Shown piece after piece: positions 9,555 to 19,408 of a stretch of 64,000 bases of DNA (position 1 is the first letter of the stretch; every line of letters starts with the position of its first letter). The notes under the pieces were generated by a model. The model ran no database searches. It saw only the letters and a list, made by a program, of their open reading frames with translations, and was not told where the DNA came from. Source of the stretch: a virus (lineage: Duplodnaviria; Heunggongvirae; Uroviricota; Caudoviricetes); the IMG/VR virus record IMGVR_UViG_644736364_000008. One strand, written 5' to 3'. Both the position numbers and the translations under genes were made by a program.

Positions 9555-11179
9555 TACGCAGCTCTCACGATATAGTTAAATGCAATATTTCGTGGACGGG
9601 TTTCGCTCCCACCTGTGTTACCAATACTCCCTCGTGTATGTAGCGTTGGTGATGGAATCAGAGTCCCTCCGGCATCGGCAGCATCAAGCCCCCGGCCTTG
9701 CGTATATGCTTTTCTGAAGATTGCCGCCAGTTCCCATTCCTCTTTTGAATCATACCCATCGTTGGCTACAACCATATGGCGGTGTTTTTCCAGCATTCCA
9801 GCCTGAAGGCTCAATAAAGCACGCCCAGCATCAATACCACGCCCATCATCCCAGCCACGAATAAACTCACCACGTAAATCAGGCAATTTATTTGTCGGAT
9901 AAACCTTTGCCAGTTTGGGATATTCTTCAGCCGAAAAAGCCGCTCCGTTGCATTTCAGCCAGCCTGTCGGTGGAGTGGCAGAAGGCCACGGAACAGGGAC
10001 ACCAACAGGTAATGCAGAGCCATCCCCTAAACCAAGATAATCAAGAACGCCCTGTGCGCTGGGCCTGCTAAGAATGGTACGCCCAACACTTGTCAGTGCA
10101 GTTAAGGCAGCTCGATCTTCCCCTGTAAAATAAGGGAGTTTATCTTTTGATGTAGAAAGCCCTGCCAACGCCGTTAAAGTAGCATCCTTTGGCTGCTTCC
10201 CCGCAAGGGAGTTAGTTATTGTCGTGGCAAAGTTCGGATCATTCCCCAGCGCCGCTGCCAGTTCGTTCAGCGTATCCAGTGCCGCAGGTGCAGAACCCAC
10301 CATTGCTGCAATTGCCGATTTCACAAAAGCGGTAGTGGCAATCTGTGTATTGTTGACCGACTGCGCCGCCGTGGGAGCTGTTGGCGTTCCGGTGAGTGCC
10401 GGACTCGACAGCGGCGCTTTTTGTGCCAGTGCATTGTTAATGGTGGTACTGAATTTCGGATCATTGTTAATGGCTGCGGCTATTTCTTTCAGCGTGTCCA
10501 GGGTGGCTGGCGCACCATTAATAAGAGCCGTCAGAGCCGCCTGAACAAACGCGGTGGTCGCAATCTGCGTGGTGTTATTCCCTGCTGCTGGCGTTGGCGC
10601 TTTGGGTGTCCCGGTAAACGTCGGACTTTCTTTGGGTGCATACTGTGAATGCGGGTCCGGTGCGGCAAGATGTTTTGCCATCAGGTCATCCACGTACACC
10701 TTCAGCTCCAGTACCTTATCATCCACATACTTGCGGGTTGCCAGCACGACGGCAGGGTCGATTTTCAGGGTGATATTGTCCGTGCTGCTGGTTATCAGCA
10801 CCATGCGCACGGTCTGGGTACGTCCGCTGCCTTCAGCCAGTTGCGGCTTATAGCTTTCCGGGCAGTTTCCCACGGCAATCAATGCCCCGGACTCATCAAA
10901 CAGGCCCACTTCACGTATCCACCAACCGCCCTCGTTTTCAGGGATCACCTGTTCAGCAATAATCTGGCTGCTGTTCTGCGGGTCGATATAGAGCATATTC
11001 AGCGCAGCCCGGCGTTTCTCATTTACCAATGCTGTCTGCTTGGCGTCCGGCGTTGGCAATGTTCCGCCGCCATCGCCGACCGCCATATGGGTAATTTTTA
11101 AAGGCACACCGAGCGCGGCGGCGCTGGCAAGTTTCGCCGCGCCAATATCCGTCAGCAGGGTATAAAATTTTGTGCTCAT
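9554..11179 (-). CDS. Tail fibre protein (P2 gpH-like)
   Basis: 541-aa ORF with Ala/Thr-rich repeats; C-terminal block [35 protein letters not shown]...[15 protein letters not shown] shared with the tail fibre at 42595-43338. Confidence 0.8.
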   Translation of the reverse strand: MSTKFYTLLTDIGAAKLASAAALGVPLKITHMAVGDGGGTLPTPDAKQTALVNEKRRAALNMLYIDPQNSSQIIAEQVIPENEGGWWIREVGLFDESGALIAVGNCPESYKPQLAEGSGRTQTVRMVLITSSTDNITLKIDPAVVLATRKYVDDKVLELKVYVDDLMAKHLAAPDPHSQYAPKESPTFTGTPKAPTPAAGNNTTQIATTAFVQAALTALINGAPATLDTLKEIAAAINNDPKFSTTINNALAQKAPLSSPALTGTPTAPTAAQSVNNTQIATTAFVKSAIAAMVGSAPAALDTLNELAAALGNDPNFATTITNSLAGKQPKDATLTALAGLSTSKDKLPYFTGEDRAALTALTSVGRTILSRPSAQGVLDYLGLGDGSALPVGVPVPWPSATPPTGWLKCNGAAFSAEEYPKLAKVYPTNKLPDLRGEFIRGWDDGRGIDAGRALLSLQAGMLEKHRHMVVANDGYDSKEEWELAAIFRKAYTQGRGLDAADAGGTLIPSPTLHTRGSIGNTGGSETRPRNIAFNYIVRAA

Positions 11180-11781
11180 GGATTCACTCTCATTGTGTCA
11201 ATAACATGGACCGCCCCGCCTTCATGCGCGGTGCCGCCGGAAATAATTGTTTCGTTGATATACGGATAGATCGTGATTTCTTCGCCAAGATAGCTGGCGG
11301 CTCCCACCCAATGCGGGCCGCTGGTCTGCAGGTTGATGGACATGCCGATCATGTGACGGCTACATGGTTTGGCATCGCTTATCAGTCGCTCAAGTTCCAG
11401 ATAGGTATCTTCAGTGATGCCCTGGTCCTGCACGCCGATATCCAGACGAAACGTGCCCGGTGTCTCTCCGGTCTGCCACCACTCAATAATGCGGATCAGA
11501 AAGCCGAACGGCTCCACCACCCGCCGCACGGCACTGGTGGTCCCTTTATGCTGATGAATATAAAAAGCATCCTTCACCACCTGGCGCTTGACGCTTTCTG
11601 TCCAGCCCTCATCCCAGCGATCCACAGAGAACGCCCAGGCGAGATAAGGTAGGAAACTGACCGGACAGGTTGCCGGATTCCACAAGTCACGCAGCGGCAC
11701 CTGCAGATCAGAAATCCCGCTACAGGTCTGCGCCAGTCGGCGCTCCAGTGAAGTTGAACCCGGTGGCAGCAGACTATTCAT
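11176..11781 (-). CDS. Baseplate protein I (P2 gpI-like)
   Basis: 201-aa ORF between J and H in P2 order. Confidence 0.75.
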   Translation of the reverse strand: MNSLLPPGSTSLERRLAQTCSGISDLQVPLRDLWNPATCPVSFLPYLAWAFSVDRWDEGWTESVKRQVVKDAFYIHQHKGTTSAVRRVVEPFGFLIRIIEWWQTGETPGTFRLDIGVQDQGITEDTYLELERLISDAKPCSRHMIGMSINLQTSGPHWVGAASYLGEEITIYPYINETIISGGTAHEGGAVHVIDTMRVNP

Positions 11782-12682
11782 CCGTTCCTCCGTTGGTTAC
11801 GCTCCACTGCGTACATGATGCGGCCTGTGTTTTGTTCAGGACCACATCAGCCAGCGGTGAAGCCAGCTCCACACGTTGAACCCCCTCAACATGCAGCGCG
11901 GCAAAAATGGCACTACGGCGAATATCCCGACCAAGCCGCGTCTGACTGGCGATGTACTTCTGCAGGCTGGCTTTTGCCGCTGCCATTACCGGCTCTGCTT
12001 CGGGCCCCGGATAGAGAAAAATGGTGGCTTCCACGCGGTACGGGATGATTTCTGCGCTGCGAACCGTAAGACGGTCAGCCACCGGGCGGACGTTCTCACT
12101 GTTCAGGGCTTTCTCCACCACATCCAGCAGGTCTTTTTCTGCTGTTCCGTCGCCTTCGCGGCTAAGGACAGTCAGCACCACCTCTGCAGGTGCCGGGCTG
12201 GTTGCACTGGCATCCGCCACCCGACCGTCGGCGCTTCGGGCATGAAATTCATAAGCTGCAGTTGGCCCCGCAACTGAAAGCCCTTCAAAGGCTGCAGGCA
12301 CACGCAGGCGTAACGCTTCATCACTTTCCATCACTGCCGCAACGGGCGGCACAGCGTCATTATCAGCAGGCGTCACCGTCAGGCGTTTCACGTTGTAATT
12401 GGCAGCGAGCTGGTCCAGATCGCTCCCTATGGCATAAGCCGCCATCACCGCCTGCGCGGCTTCGTTAATGCGCTGGCGCAGAAGCAACTCACGATAAGCG
12501 TTCTCCTGCAACAATTTGGTGACGGGTTCAGATTCCAGTTCCAGCGTGCGGATCACTGCTTCCTGCTCATCTTTCGGATGAAGCGCCACAAATTCTGCCT
12601 TGCGTTCGGCAAGCAGCGTCTCAAAGTCCGGCACATCCACAATCTGCGGTGCAGGCAACTGCGAAAGGTCAATCACTGCCAT
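11774..12682 (-). CDS. Baseplate protein J (P2 gpJ-like)
   Basis: ORF 11774-12721; start placed at internal Met (MAVIDLSQLPAPQIV), which matches the P2 gpJ N-terminus. Confidence 0.8.
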   Translation of the reverse strand: MAVIDLSQLPAPQIVDVPDFETLLAERKAEFVALHPKDEQEAVIRTLELESEPVTKLLQENAYRELLLRQRINEAAQAVMAAYAIGSDLDQLAANYNVKRLTVTPADNDAVPPVAAVMESDEALRLRVPAAFEGLSVAGPTAAYEFHARSADGRVADASATSPAPAEVVLTVLSREGDGTAEKDLLDVVEKALNSENVRPVADRLTVRSAEIIPYRVEATIFLYPGPEAEPVMAAAKASLQKYIASQTRLGRDIRRSAIFAALHVEGVQRVELASPLADVVLNKTQAASCTQWSVTNGGTDE

Positions 12683-13028
12683 TCTCTGCTCCTGTTGATA
12701 CGGAAAGGGACACAGGTACACCGTTATTCCGCCGCCCGGTCAGCTCCACCATCATTGAACCGTCAAAATTGCTGTTGATGGTGATGGAATCCAGCATCAG
12801 CCGTGGCTCCCAGCGACTCAGCGCCACATACACTGCCGACATGACCTGCAGGCGTAATGCCGGATTTTGTGGCTGATCTATCAGTGCCGACAGCAGGGAA
12901 CCATATTCCCGGCGAGCAATGCGGCTACCCTGCGGTGTCAGCAGAATGTCCCGCACCGACTGGCGCAGATGGTCAATATCAGTAATGGCTTTACCGCTGG
13001 TATTGTTCATCCCGCTATAAAGCGTCAT
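12669..13028 (-). CDS. Baseplate wedge protein W (gp25-like)
   Basis: 119-aa ORF between V and J. Confidence 0.75.
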   Translation of the reverse strand: MTLYSGMNNTSGKAITDIDHLRQSVRDILLTPQGSRIARREYGSLLSALIDQPQNPALRLQVMSAVYVALSRWEPRLMLDSITINSNFDGSMMVELTGRRNNGVPVSLSVSTGAENGSD

Positions 13029-13603
13029 ACCGGGCCTCCGGTTGTATCGCCGCCTTTCAGGACGCCAGTATGCTGATGCGCATCAACCACGATCCCGTTA
13101 GAACTCATCGCACCGCCGCCCTGGGTAACGCCGCCATTGATCACTACTTCACTATTAATACGCGTGCGGTCAGCCTCCAGCACAAACTCACTGGTTTTCA
13201 GGGTGATATTGTCGGCAGCCTCAATAACCATGGATTTGATGCCCCTGACATACCAGCGCCCGGTGGCGGGTTCGTATTCAAACCAGCCACCGTCAGGATG
13301 TTCTGTCACGCAGGCGTCCGCCGACGTCGACGGTGGTGCGAACTGATTCGAATAGACAGCGGGCAGCGCAAAGGCGGTCTCCAGATTGCCGCCCAGACTC
13401 AGCAGCACCACCTGCTCACCTTCCGATGGTCGCCACCATGTCCGGGCATTCCCGGCACGCAGGGTCAGCCAGCTGATCCAGTTGGTTTCTAAGTCGCCTG
13501 TTTTCACCCGACAAAGCCAGTTTTCCCGGTCCACTTCGGTGACTACCCCAGTGCGGATCAGGTTGGTGATAAGGCGCATGATTTCGGTTAGTTGTGTGTT
13601 CAT
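13025..13603 (-). CDS. Baseplate spike/assembly protein V
   Basis: 192-aa ORF, first gene of the V-W-J-I-H-G operon. Confidence 0.8.
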   Translation of the reverse strand: MNTQLTEIMRLITNLIRTGVVTEVDRENWLCRVKTGDLETNWISWLTLRAGNARTWWRPSEGEQVVLLSLGGNLETAFALPAVYSNQFAPPSTSADACVTEHPDGGWFEYEPATGRWYVRGIKSMVIEAADNITLKTSEFVLEADRTRINSEVVINGGVTQGGGAMSSNGIVVDAHQHTGVLKGGDTTGGPV

Positions 13604-13741
13604 GAAAATAGACTGCTATATCTCAAAATTGAGAAGTAGCTTTGATAGTTGTATCACGGCTGTCACAAACAACTGGCAAAAAACGACTACTATCTATAAA
13701 TTATTGAGAGTTATCTCATTAACAAAAAAGAAGCTTGGTAA

Positions 13742-15442
13742 ATGGAACACTTAAGACAACTGCAAAATAAAACTTCCCTGTTAGAAAAGTACGGGACTAG
13801 TAACGCACATCTTTTATGGTCATTAGGTCTTTACTTAGATGAATCCGATTTTGATAAGCTAGCATCTGATGGACTTACTGATGGTGGAAACGATAAGAAA
13901 ATAGACTTCATTACCGTAATTAATTCAACGTTATTTATTGCTCAGGGTTACTACTGCAATCAGCAAGCACTTAAAATAGTTGCGCCTGCAAATAAAGCTT
14001 CTGACTTAAACACTGCTTTAGCGTGGATTATGGCAGGCTCAGGAGAGTCTCCAAATGCAAAATTAAGAGCAAAAATTTCTGAGGTTAGAAAATTAATTGA
14101 TGATAACGAAATTGAAGCTGTTGAATTATTATATATCCATAATTGTGCCGAATCTGAGCAGGTTAAAACTGAGCTTGAAACTTGTCGTGACTATCTAGCA
14201 GGTAGATTTGCAGACAAAGAAATTGAGGTAACTTACAGAGAACTTGGTGTTAATAGTCTTGAAAAATTGTATATTGCGCTATCACAACAAATTGTTGTGA
14301 CTGACAATATAAAGTTCAATGGCGAACTTATAAATTCTGTACAAGGTGATGGCTGGACTTCACATGTTGGCTTTGCAAACGGCACTTGGCTAAATTATTT
14401 ATACAAAAATTATGGAGCAGAATTATTTTCTGCTAATTATAGGGGGTTCATGGGATTAAATAAGAGAAGAAAAATAAACTCATCAATTAAGAATACCGCA
14501 GAAACATCCCCAAAAGACTTCTTTGTCTTTAACAATGGTGTATCAATCCTAACAACAAAATTCAACAAAGAAAAAGGGTTGTTGGAAGGAGTTTCAATCA
14601 TAAATGGAGCTCAAACCACTGGTTCTATTGGTTCAGTTCAAGATATACAAAAATTAGATGGCCTAAAAGTCCTTTGTAAGGTTATTGAATGTAATGATGC
14701 GGACAAAGTAAAAAAAATAGTCCAGTATAATAATACTCAGAATCATATTACAACCTGGGATCACTACTCTAACAGCACAGAACAAAAACAGGTGGCAGAA
14801 GAATTTTCCACTCTTGGTTATACATATTCACTGAAACGCGGCTTCGAAAATACTGGTTCTTTATTTGGCATTGAGTCTGTTGCTCAACCGCTGATAGCGT
14901 TACATGGGGATTATGTTAGCGCCAATAGAGGTAAAAACTACGTTTTCGATACAAAATCAGCCTATGACAATGCCTTTCATGATTCGAAAGCCCAGCATAT
15001 TTTATGTGCTTACACTATTTCAAAAGCTATAGAAAAAGTAAAATCTCAAATCCGTGCAAAAGAGAATAAAATTAAAGTAGATGAGGATAACTTATTATTC
15101 CTCCAAAATTTAAAGTCTCGATTCTTTTTAATATCCGTCATCGGAGAAATACTTGAAGAATTAACAGATAAACCTTTGAACAAGAAGAAAATAAAATATA
15201 AATATGATACAGCATTATCTAAAAATAACTCTCTGGATGATTTAATCGACCTTTGGACACCAGTTATAACTGCGATATTACCACATGTTATCCGTGTTTC
15301 AGGTCAAGATTTAACCACCTACTTATCTGTAACAGACAACCCGTTATCTATCGTATCAAAGGAAGTTAAAAACATATTAACATCCTTAAAAGCGTTCCAA
15401 CCGATTGAGCCATTAATTACTCTTTCAAATCACCTTGAATAA
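13742..15442 (+). CDS. Cargo protein, 566 aa, candidate abortive-infection (AIPR-like) protein
   Basis: Low-GC ORF on the opposite strand between V and S; contains FFVFNNGVSILTT...INGAQTTGSIG, reminiscent of an NGxQT core; own AT-rich upstream region. Confidence 0.6.
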   Translation: MEHLRQLQNKTSLLEKYGTSNAHLLWSLGLYLDESDFDKLASDGLTDGGNDKKIDFITVINSTLFIAQGYYCNQQALKIVAPANKASDLNTALAWIMAGSGESPNAKLRAKISEVRKLIDDNEIEAVELLYIHNCAESEQVKTELETCRDYLAGRFADKEIEVTYRELGVNSLEKLYIALSQQIVVTDNIKFNGELINSVQGDGWTSHVGFANGTWLNYLYKNYGAELFSANYRGFMGLNKRRKINSSIKNTAETSPKDFFVFNNGVSILTTKFNKEKGLLEGVSIINGAQTTGSIGSVQDIQKLDGLKVLCKVIECNDADKVKKIVQYNNTQNHITTWDHYSNSTEQKQVAEEFSTLGYTYSLKRGFENTGSLFGIESVAQPLIALHGDYVSANRGKNYVFDTKSAYDNAFHDSKAQHILCAYTISKAIEKVKSQIRAKENKIKVDEDNLLFLQNLKSRFFLISVIGEILEELTDKPLNKKKIKYKYDTALSKNNSLDDLIDLWTPVITAILPHVIRVSGQDLTTYLSVTDNPLSIVSKEVKNILTSLKAFQPIEPLITLSNHLE

Positions 15443-15447
15443 ATAAC

Positions 15448-15474
15448 GGGTGGCCTCCTAGGCCACCCGTTCAT
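15448..15474. terminator. Bidirectional hairpin terminator between the 566-aa cargo gene and S
   Basis: AACGGGTGGCC-TCCTA-GGCCACCCGTT perfect 11-bp stem between convergent stops. Confidence 0.5.
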
Positions 15475-15497
15475 AACTTATTTTTAATCTAAAATTT

Positions 15498-15956
15498 TTA
15501 CGGCTTATTGTTATTAATTAACCATTGATAAAAAACATTCTTAACGTTGTTCTCAATATCATTGTTAATACCCAACAAACGCCGCTCTGCATACCGTACG
15601 TCCGGTCCTTTGCGACTGACGCGATCACGCAGACCGTAATGGTGAACACGGGCAATGCGCTGTACCTTACCTTCAAACTGCACGCTGGCAGAGTCGGCGC
15701 TGGCGGCAGTTTTCAGGTATTTTGTGGTGCGCAGCTTTGCAAACATCTGACGTTTGATACGGCCTTTTTTACTGCGTGCTGTTACCCGTCGCGGTTCATA
15801 GCTGCTGCCGTCAGGGTTGCGCTGCATCCTGATATTCTGCTGCTGTGTCCGGCGAAGTTCCTGCGCCAGCTGGCGCATCATGCGGCTTCTCGAGGCTGGT
15901 TCCAGATTCGCCAGCAAGGCACTCAGCCAGTCGTCCACCTTCTGCAGTTCAGCCAC
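15498..15956 (-). CDS. Tail completion protein S (P2 gpS-like)
   Basis: 152-aa ORF overlapping R; P2 R-S order. Confidence 0.75.
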   Translation of the reverse strand: MAELQKVDDWLSALLANLEPASRSRMMRQLAQELRRTQQQNIRMQRNPDGSSYEPRRVTARSKKGRIKRQMFAKLRTTKYLKTAASADSASVQFEGKVQRIARVHHYGLRDRVSRKGPDVRYAERRLLGINNDIENNVKNVFYQWLINNNKP

Positions 15957-16401
15957 ATTTCACCGTCCACATTTCTTCAGGTGCATCAGGTTCCGCTATA
16001 GCTTCAACGCTCGACACACTGCCGTCAGTGCTGACCAGCACACGTTCCGTCAGTTGCAGGTTCAGGCTGATATCACAGACATCGTTGCGCAGAATATCCA
16101 CCTCAAAGGTGAATAGCTTTTCCCGTAACGCCGGGTTATTGATGGCATCGGGCTGGTTATCCCTCAGCCACAGCAAAACCGGGGCCATCAGCAGATTCTG
16201 GTCGCCGCTGAAATCCTCAATCACCGCGTTCAGTGTGTAACGGTACTCCCACGACATGGAGCTGGCCCCCGTGGCAACCAGCGAACCGTTATCCACAAAC
16301 AGATGCAGTTTGTCCGGGTTATTGCGGACATAAGGCACCGCTTTATTGAGGGCGTGGCGCAGGGATTGTGGTTTGTTCACTGTTTCGCTCCTGACACGCA
16401 A
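15949..16401 (-). CDS. Tail completion protein R (P2 gpR-like)
   Basis: 150-aa ORF downstream of the lysis cassette. Confidence 0.75.
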   Translation of the reverse strand: MRVRSETVNKPQSLRHALNKAVPYVRNNPDKLHLFVDNGSLVATGASSMSWEYRYTLNAVIEDFSGDQNLLMAPVLLWLRDNQPDAINNPALREKLFTFEVDILRNDVCDISLNLQLTERVLVSTDGSVSSVEAIAEPDAPEEMWTVKCG

Positions 16402-16633
16402 TAATCATGTCCACTTTGTCTGCACAGACCGCCCAGGCGGCCTCCGTTTCATCCAGCAACGCGTTCAGATCACCGTTAGTGCGCGGCGTTGCCTGATCCA
16501 GCCGACACGGCGTCACTCGCGGACAACCACTGACGGTAAGCCATACCTCCGGTGAGTGCCGGACGTTTCCGCAGCCGGATAATGTCAGCAGGCAAAGGAG
16601 TATCAGCCCAGCGGCGTAAATCCTCGTTCTCAC
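16343..16633 (-). CDS. LysC-like outer-membrane spanin lipoprotein
   Basis: Signal peptide plus lipobox-like LTLSGC; overlaps the 3' end of LysB in another frame, as for Rz/Rz1-type pairs. Confidence 0.55.
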   Translation of the reverse strand: MRTRIYAAGLILLCLLTLSGCGNVRHSPEVWLTVSGCPRVTPCRLDQATPRTNGDLNALLDETEAAWAVCADKVDMIIACQERNSEQTTIPAPRPQ

Positions 16634-16904
16634 GTTTCAGTTCCTCGATCCGGTGTTGTCGTTGTCTCAGCAGCGTGCTGGTCTGTTCTGCTTCGGCATA
16701 GAGCCGCGCCTGCTCCCGGTTATTGGTTTCAGTCAGAATGGACAGGCTGATAAGCTGGCTATTGCTCTTTGCCAGTGCCTGGCTTTTGCTCTGCAGCTCG
16801 TCTGCCTGCGTGCTGATGGTCTGGCTGGCATCAGCCAGCCGCCACGTCTGCCAGCCCAGCGCCGCCAGTAATAACGTCAGCACAACCAGCAGCAACCGGT
16901 TCAT
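16476..16904 (-). CDS. LysB-like inner-membrane spanin
   Basis: 142-aa ORF with N-terminal TM helix and coiled-coil; follows lysA. Confidence 0.7.
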   Translation of the reverse strand: MNRLLLVVLTLLLAALGWQTWRLADASQTISTQADELQSKSQALAKSNSQLISLSILTETNNREQARLYAEAEQTSTLLRQRQHRIEELKRENEDLRRWADTPLPADIIRLRKRPALTGGMAYRQWLSASDAVSAGSGNAAH

Positions 16905-17350
16905 GCTGCTACCTGTTGCGCCATCTGATTACGGGTGATCCAGAAGGCAATAACGGTCAGTAGATAAAAGACCAGGGTAATAGCCCACCCCGTCCAGGCG
17001 AGACTTACAACAATCAGCAATCGCATCACCCAACTGGTAAATACGTTTTCTTTTCGAGTAATTGTCTTCAGCAAAGATGCCCTTAACTCCTGCCAGAGCG
17101 GGCCATTCTTAATTAACGCAGCCAGTGCTACCGGAATTACCGCCCATGTCAGCAAACAGGCTACCCAAACGCCGGACGCTGCCAGTACCGGAAAAATCCC
17201 CTGCGGATACACCATTGCTGCGATTAACAGCGCCATCCATAACATCAGAAACAGTCCGCTGATTAATTTCTTTTTCATTTCAGTTTGCTCCCTGTAAACA
17301 CCAGGCCATCTCCCGCGCACGGCGGTTATCCAGCCCCTGATTAAAAACAC
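16901..17350 (-). CDS. LysA-like membrane protein (lysis timing)
   Basis: 149-aa ORF with several hydrophobic helices between endolysin and lysB. Confidence 0.6.
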   Translation of the reverse strand: MFLIRGWITAVRGRWPGVYREQTEMKKKLISGLFLMLWMALLIAAMVYPQGIFPVLAASGVWVACLLTWAVIPVALAALIKNGPLWQELRASLLKTITRKENVFTSWVMRLLIVVSLAWTGWAITLVFYLLTVIAFWITRNQMAQQVAA

Positions 17351-17792
17351 CTTTCACATAAACCCAGCGCGGCAACTGTCGGCATGCATCCGCCCAGCGC
17401 CGCTGATTGAGCAATTTCACCAGCGTGGAACTACAGGCATTGCCCGTCCCCACGTTGAAGGCAAACGACACCGTAGCGTCATACACCTTCTGCGGCGGCT
17501 GTTGCTTCACACACCTTTCCAACGCCCGCTCCACTCGTAGCACGTTGGAGATCAGCCCTTCAGCTGCCTGTCGTTCCGTAATAATTTTGCCGGGAATGAC
17601 GCCCGACGTATTACCAATGCCGTCGGTCCAGACACCCGCGCTGCACTGATACGGCTGCAGACGACAGCCTTCATAATCAGCGATCAGTTTCAGTCCCTCC
17701 TCGGAGGTGTGAAGCTGCTGAAACCCCGGCAGCGTGGCAGCAATAGCCAGCACGGCCCCGACAAGGCAGCGTTTAACGATTGATGGATTCAT
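17280..17792 (-). CDS. Endolysin (lysozyme, P2 gpK-like, N-terminal signal-anchor type)
   Basis: 170 aa with hydrophobic N-terminus then LKLIADYEGCRLQPYQCSAGVWTDGIG lysozyme core. Confidence 0.85.
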   Translation of the reverse strand: MNPSIVKRCLVGAVLAIAATLPGFQQLHTSEEGLKLIADYEGCRLQPYQCSAGVWTDGIGNTSGVIPGKIITERQAAEGLISNVLRVERALERCVKQQPPQKVYDATVSFAFNVGTGNACSSTLVKLLNQRRWADACRQLPRWVYVKGVFNQGLDNRRAREMAWCLQGAN

Positions 17793-17988
17793 AGTCCTCC
17801 CGCGAGATCTGCCCGTCGCGCAGAAGCTGGTAGGCTTTGTGTTTGTAGTACCAGTTGATAGCCAGCATCAGCACACCGATCATCAGGCCGCCCAGCGTTG
17901 AGGCATCCTTGATGGACAAATCGCCCAGCCAGGCCAGCACGACGGCGATGCAATACGTGATAAAGGCGCTGATTCGCTCAAGCGTCAT
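17773..17988 (-). CDS. Holin (P2 gpY-like)
   Basis: 71-aa protein with two TM segments and charged C-terminus immediately upstream of the endolysin. Confidence 0.7.
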   Translation of the reverse strand: MTLERISAFITYCIAVVLAWLGDLSIKDASTLGGLMIGVLMLAINWYYKHKAYQLLRDGQISREDYESINR

Positions 17989-17991
17989 AAT

Positions 17992-18195
17992 TCAGTCCCA
18001 TAGCTGGACGGTCTGCACGGTGGTGGTGGTCGGAATGTCCGGCAGCTCCACCTGCAGCCCGTGAGGTAAAAAGGGGCCGTATTCGGCAAGCCCCGGATTT
18101 GCCTTCAGTACCTGCTCCGTGACACCCTGCGTGCGCCCGTAATGACGCCAGCAAAGTGCGTCCACCGTGTCATACTGATGCGCACGCACTTTCAT
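17992..18195 (-). CDS. Tail protein X
   Basis: 67-aa ORF between L and the holin, P2 order. Confidence 0.7.
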   Translation of the reverse strand: MKVRAHQYDTVDALCWRHYGRTQGVTEQVLKANPGLAEYGPFLPHGLQVELPDIPTTTTVQTVQLWD

Positions 18196-18722
18196 CAGAT
18201 AAGCTCCACTGTGCAGTGCGGCGCATCCTGCACCCGGCTGATGGCCCAGCGGGCGTCACGCCATAAATCACCGCTTGCTTCCGCCAGTTCCTCGCCTCGC
18301 TTCGCACCGGATGCCGTGGCGTCATAGTCCTGGTAACGTTCGTTGAGCATGGCGCGTGCCCAGCAGTAAACCGCGTTGAAATAGTGCTGAATGCGCTCGC
18401 TTTTGCCGTCCAGTTGTTCCGCCGGGACTTCTGCCAGCGAGGCATACCCCAGCATCTGCTGGCGTCTGCGAAACTCATACAGCTCTGCGTTGACCTCCGA
18501 AATTGCCGACAGGGCAACCTGTTTTAAACGCGGCTGCGTCACCGTGCCGTCAGTGCGCATCACACTGCGAAACTCCGACAGGTCCACATCAGGCCAGAAC
18601 GGCGTATTCCTGATGATTTCCGCCTGTTCCGGTGCCTGTTCTGGCGCAACAAACTTCATGCTGCTTTCTCCTGAAATAGAGGGCGGTGGACGGGGTTTTG
18701 ATGTGGCAGTGCCTTTCGCCAC
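18195..18722 (-). CDS. Head completion/stabilisation protein (P2 gpL-like)
   Basis: 175-aa ORF downstream of M. Confidence 0.75.
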   Translation of the reverse strand: MAKGTATSKPRPPPSISGESSMKFVAPEQAPEQAEIIRNTPFWPDVDLSEFRSVMRTDGTVTQPRLKQVALSAISEVNAELYEFRRRQQMLGYASLAEVPAEQLDGKSERIQHYFNAVYCWARAMLNERYQDYDATASGAKRGEELAEASGDLWRDARWAISRVQDAPHCTVELI

Positions 18723-18754
18723 CCCGTGCCGCCCGTGCGCGGGGGCACGTTCTG

Positions 18755-19405
18755 TCAGCGGCTGTCATTGCGCAGTCTGCGCTCTAGCTGCTGTTTGTCT
18801 TTTTTCACGCCACAGCGGGGATCGAGCTGTAACGCATGGTTGAGATGATTAAGGGCAGACGCCGGATTTCTTTCACTCAGGACAGCGCCAATCGCTTTAT
18901 GCAGACGCGCCCGTGACTGGTCCGGCATATCCATACCGTCTGTCAGCTCCAGGGTCTTCAGCAACAGATCGGTATCAAAGCCGGTGGCGGCAAGCATTGC
19001 GCTCTGGGCTGCATCTGCCATTTCCTCTGCCAGCACGGTCTGCACGTTGCGGTTACCTAACGGCATCACCCAGCCATGACGCAGGGCGTGACGCCCGATC
19101 TCCAGCGCCCCGGCATAATCTCCGGCATCAATGCGCCACAGCATCACGTACATCAGCACGTCATCCTGTTGAGCGCCTCCGGCAGCCAGGACACCCTCCG
19201 CCCAGGCGGCGTACTTCGGCAGCAGCTCCACCTTGATTTCCGCTTTTTTGACCGTGGACTGAACGCCCTTGAGACGGCGGCGGTCTTCCGCCAGTTGCAG
19301 CAGCATCAGGTCATAGCCCGACGCGTGGCGAACGCTGCCGCCCTCGCGGGCGGCCTGTTCAGCCTGAACGCGCAGGCGATGCTGCCGTGCGGGACTCAGG
19401 CTCAT
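18755..19405 (-). CDS. Terminase small (endonuclease) subunit (P2 gpM-like)
   Basis: 216-aa ORF downstream of the capsid gene N. Confidence 0.75.
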   Translation of the reverse strand: MSLSPARQHRLRVQAEQAAREGGSVRHASGYDLMLLQLAEDRRRLKGVQSTVKKAEIKVELLPKYAAWAEGVLAAGGAQQDDVLMYVMLWRIDAGDYAGALEIGRHALRHGWVMPLGNRNVQTVLAEEMADAAQSAMLAATGFDTDLLLKTLELTDGMDMPDQSRARLHKAIGAVLSERNPASALNHLNHALQLDPRCGVKKDKQQLERRLRNDSR

Positions 19406-19408
19406 GAA

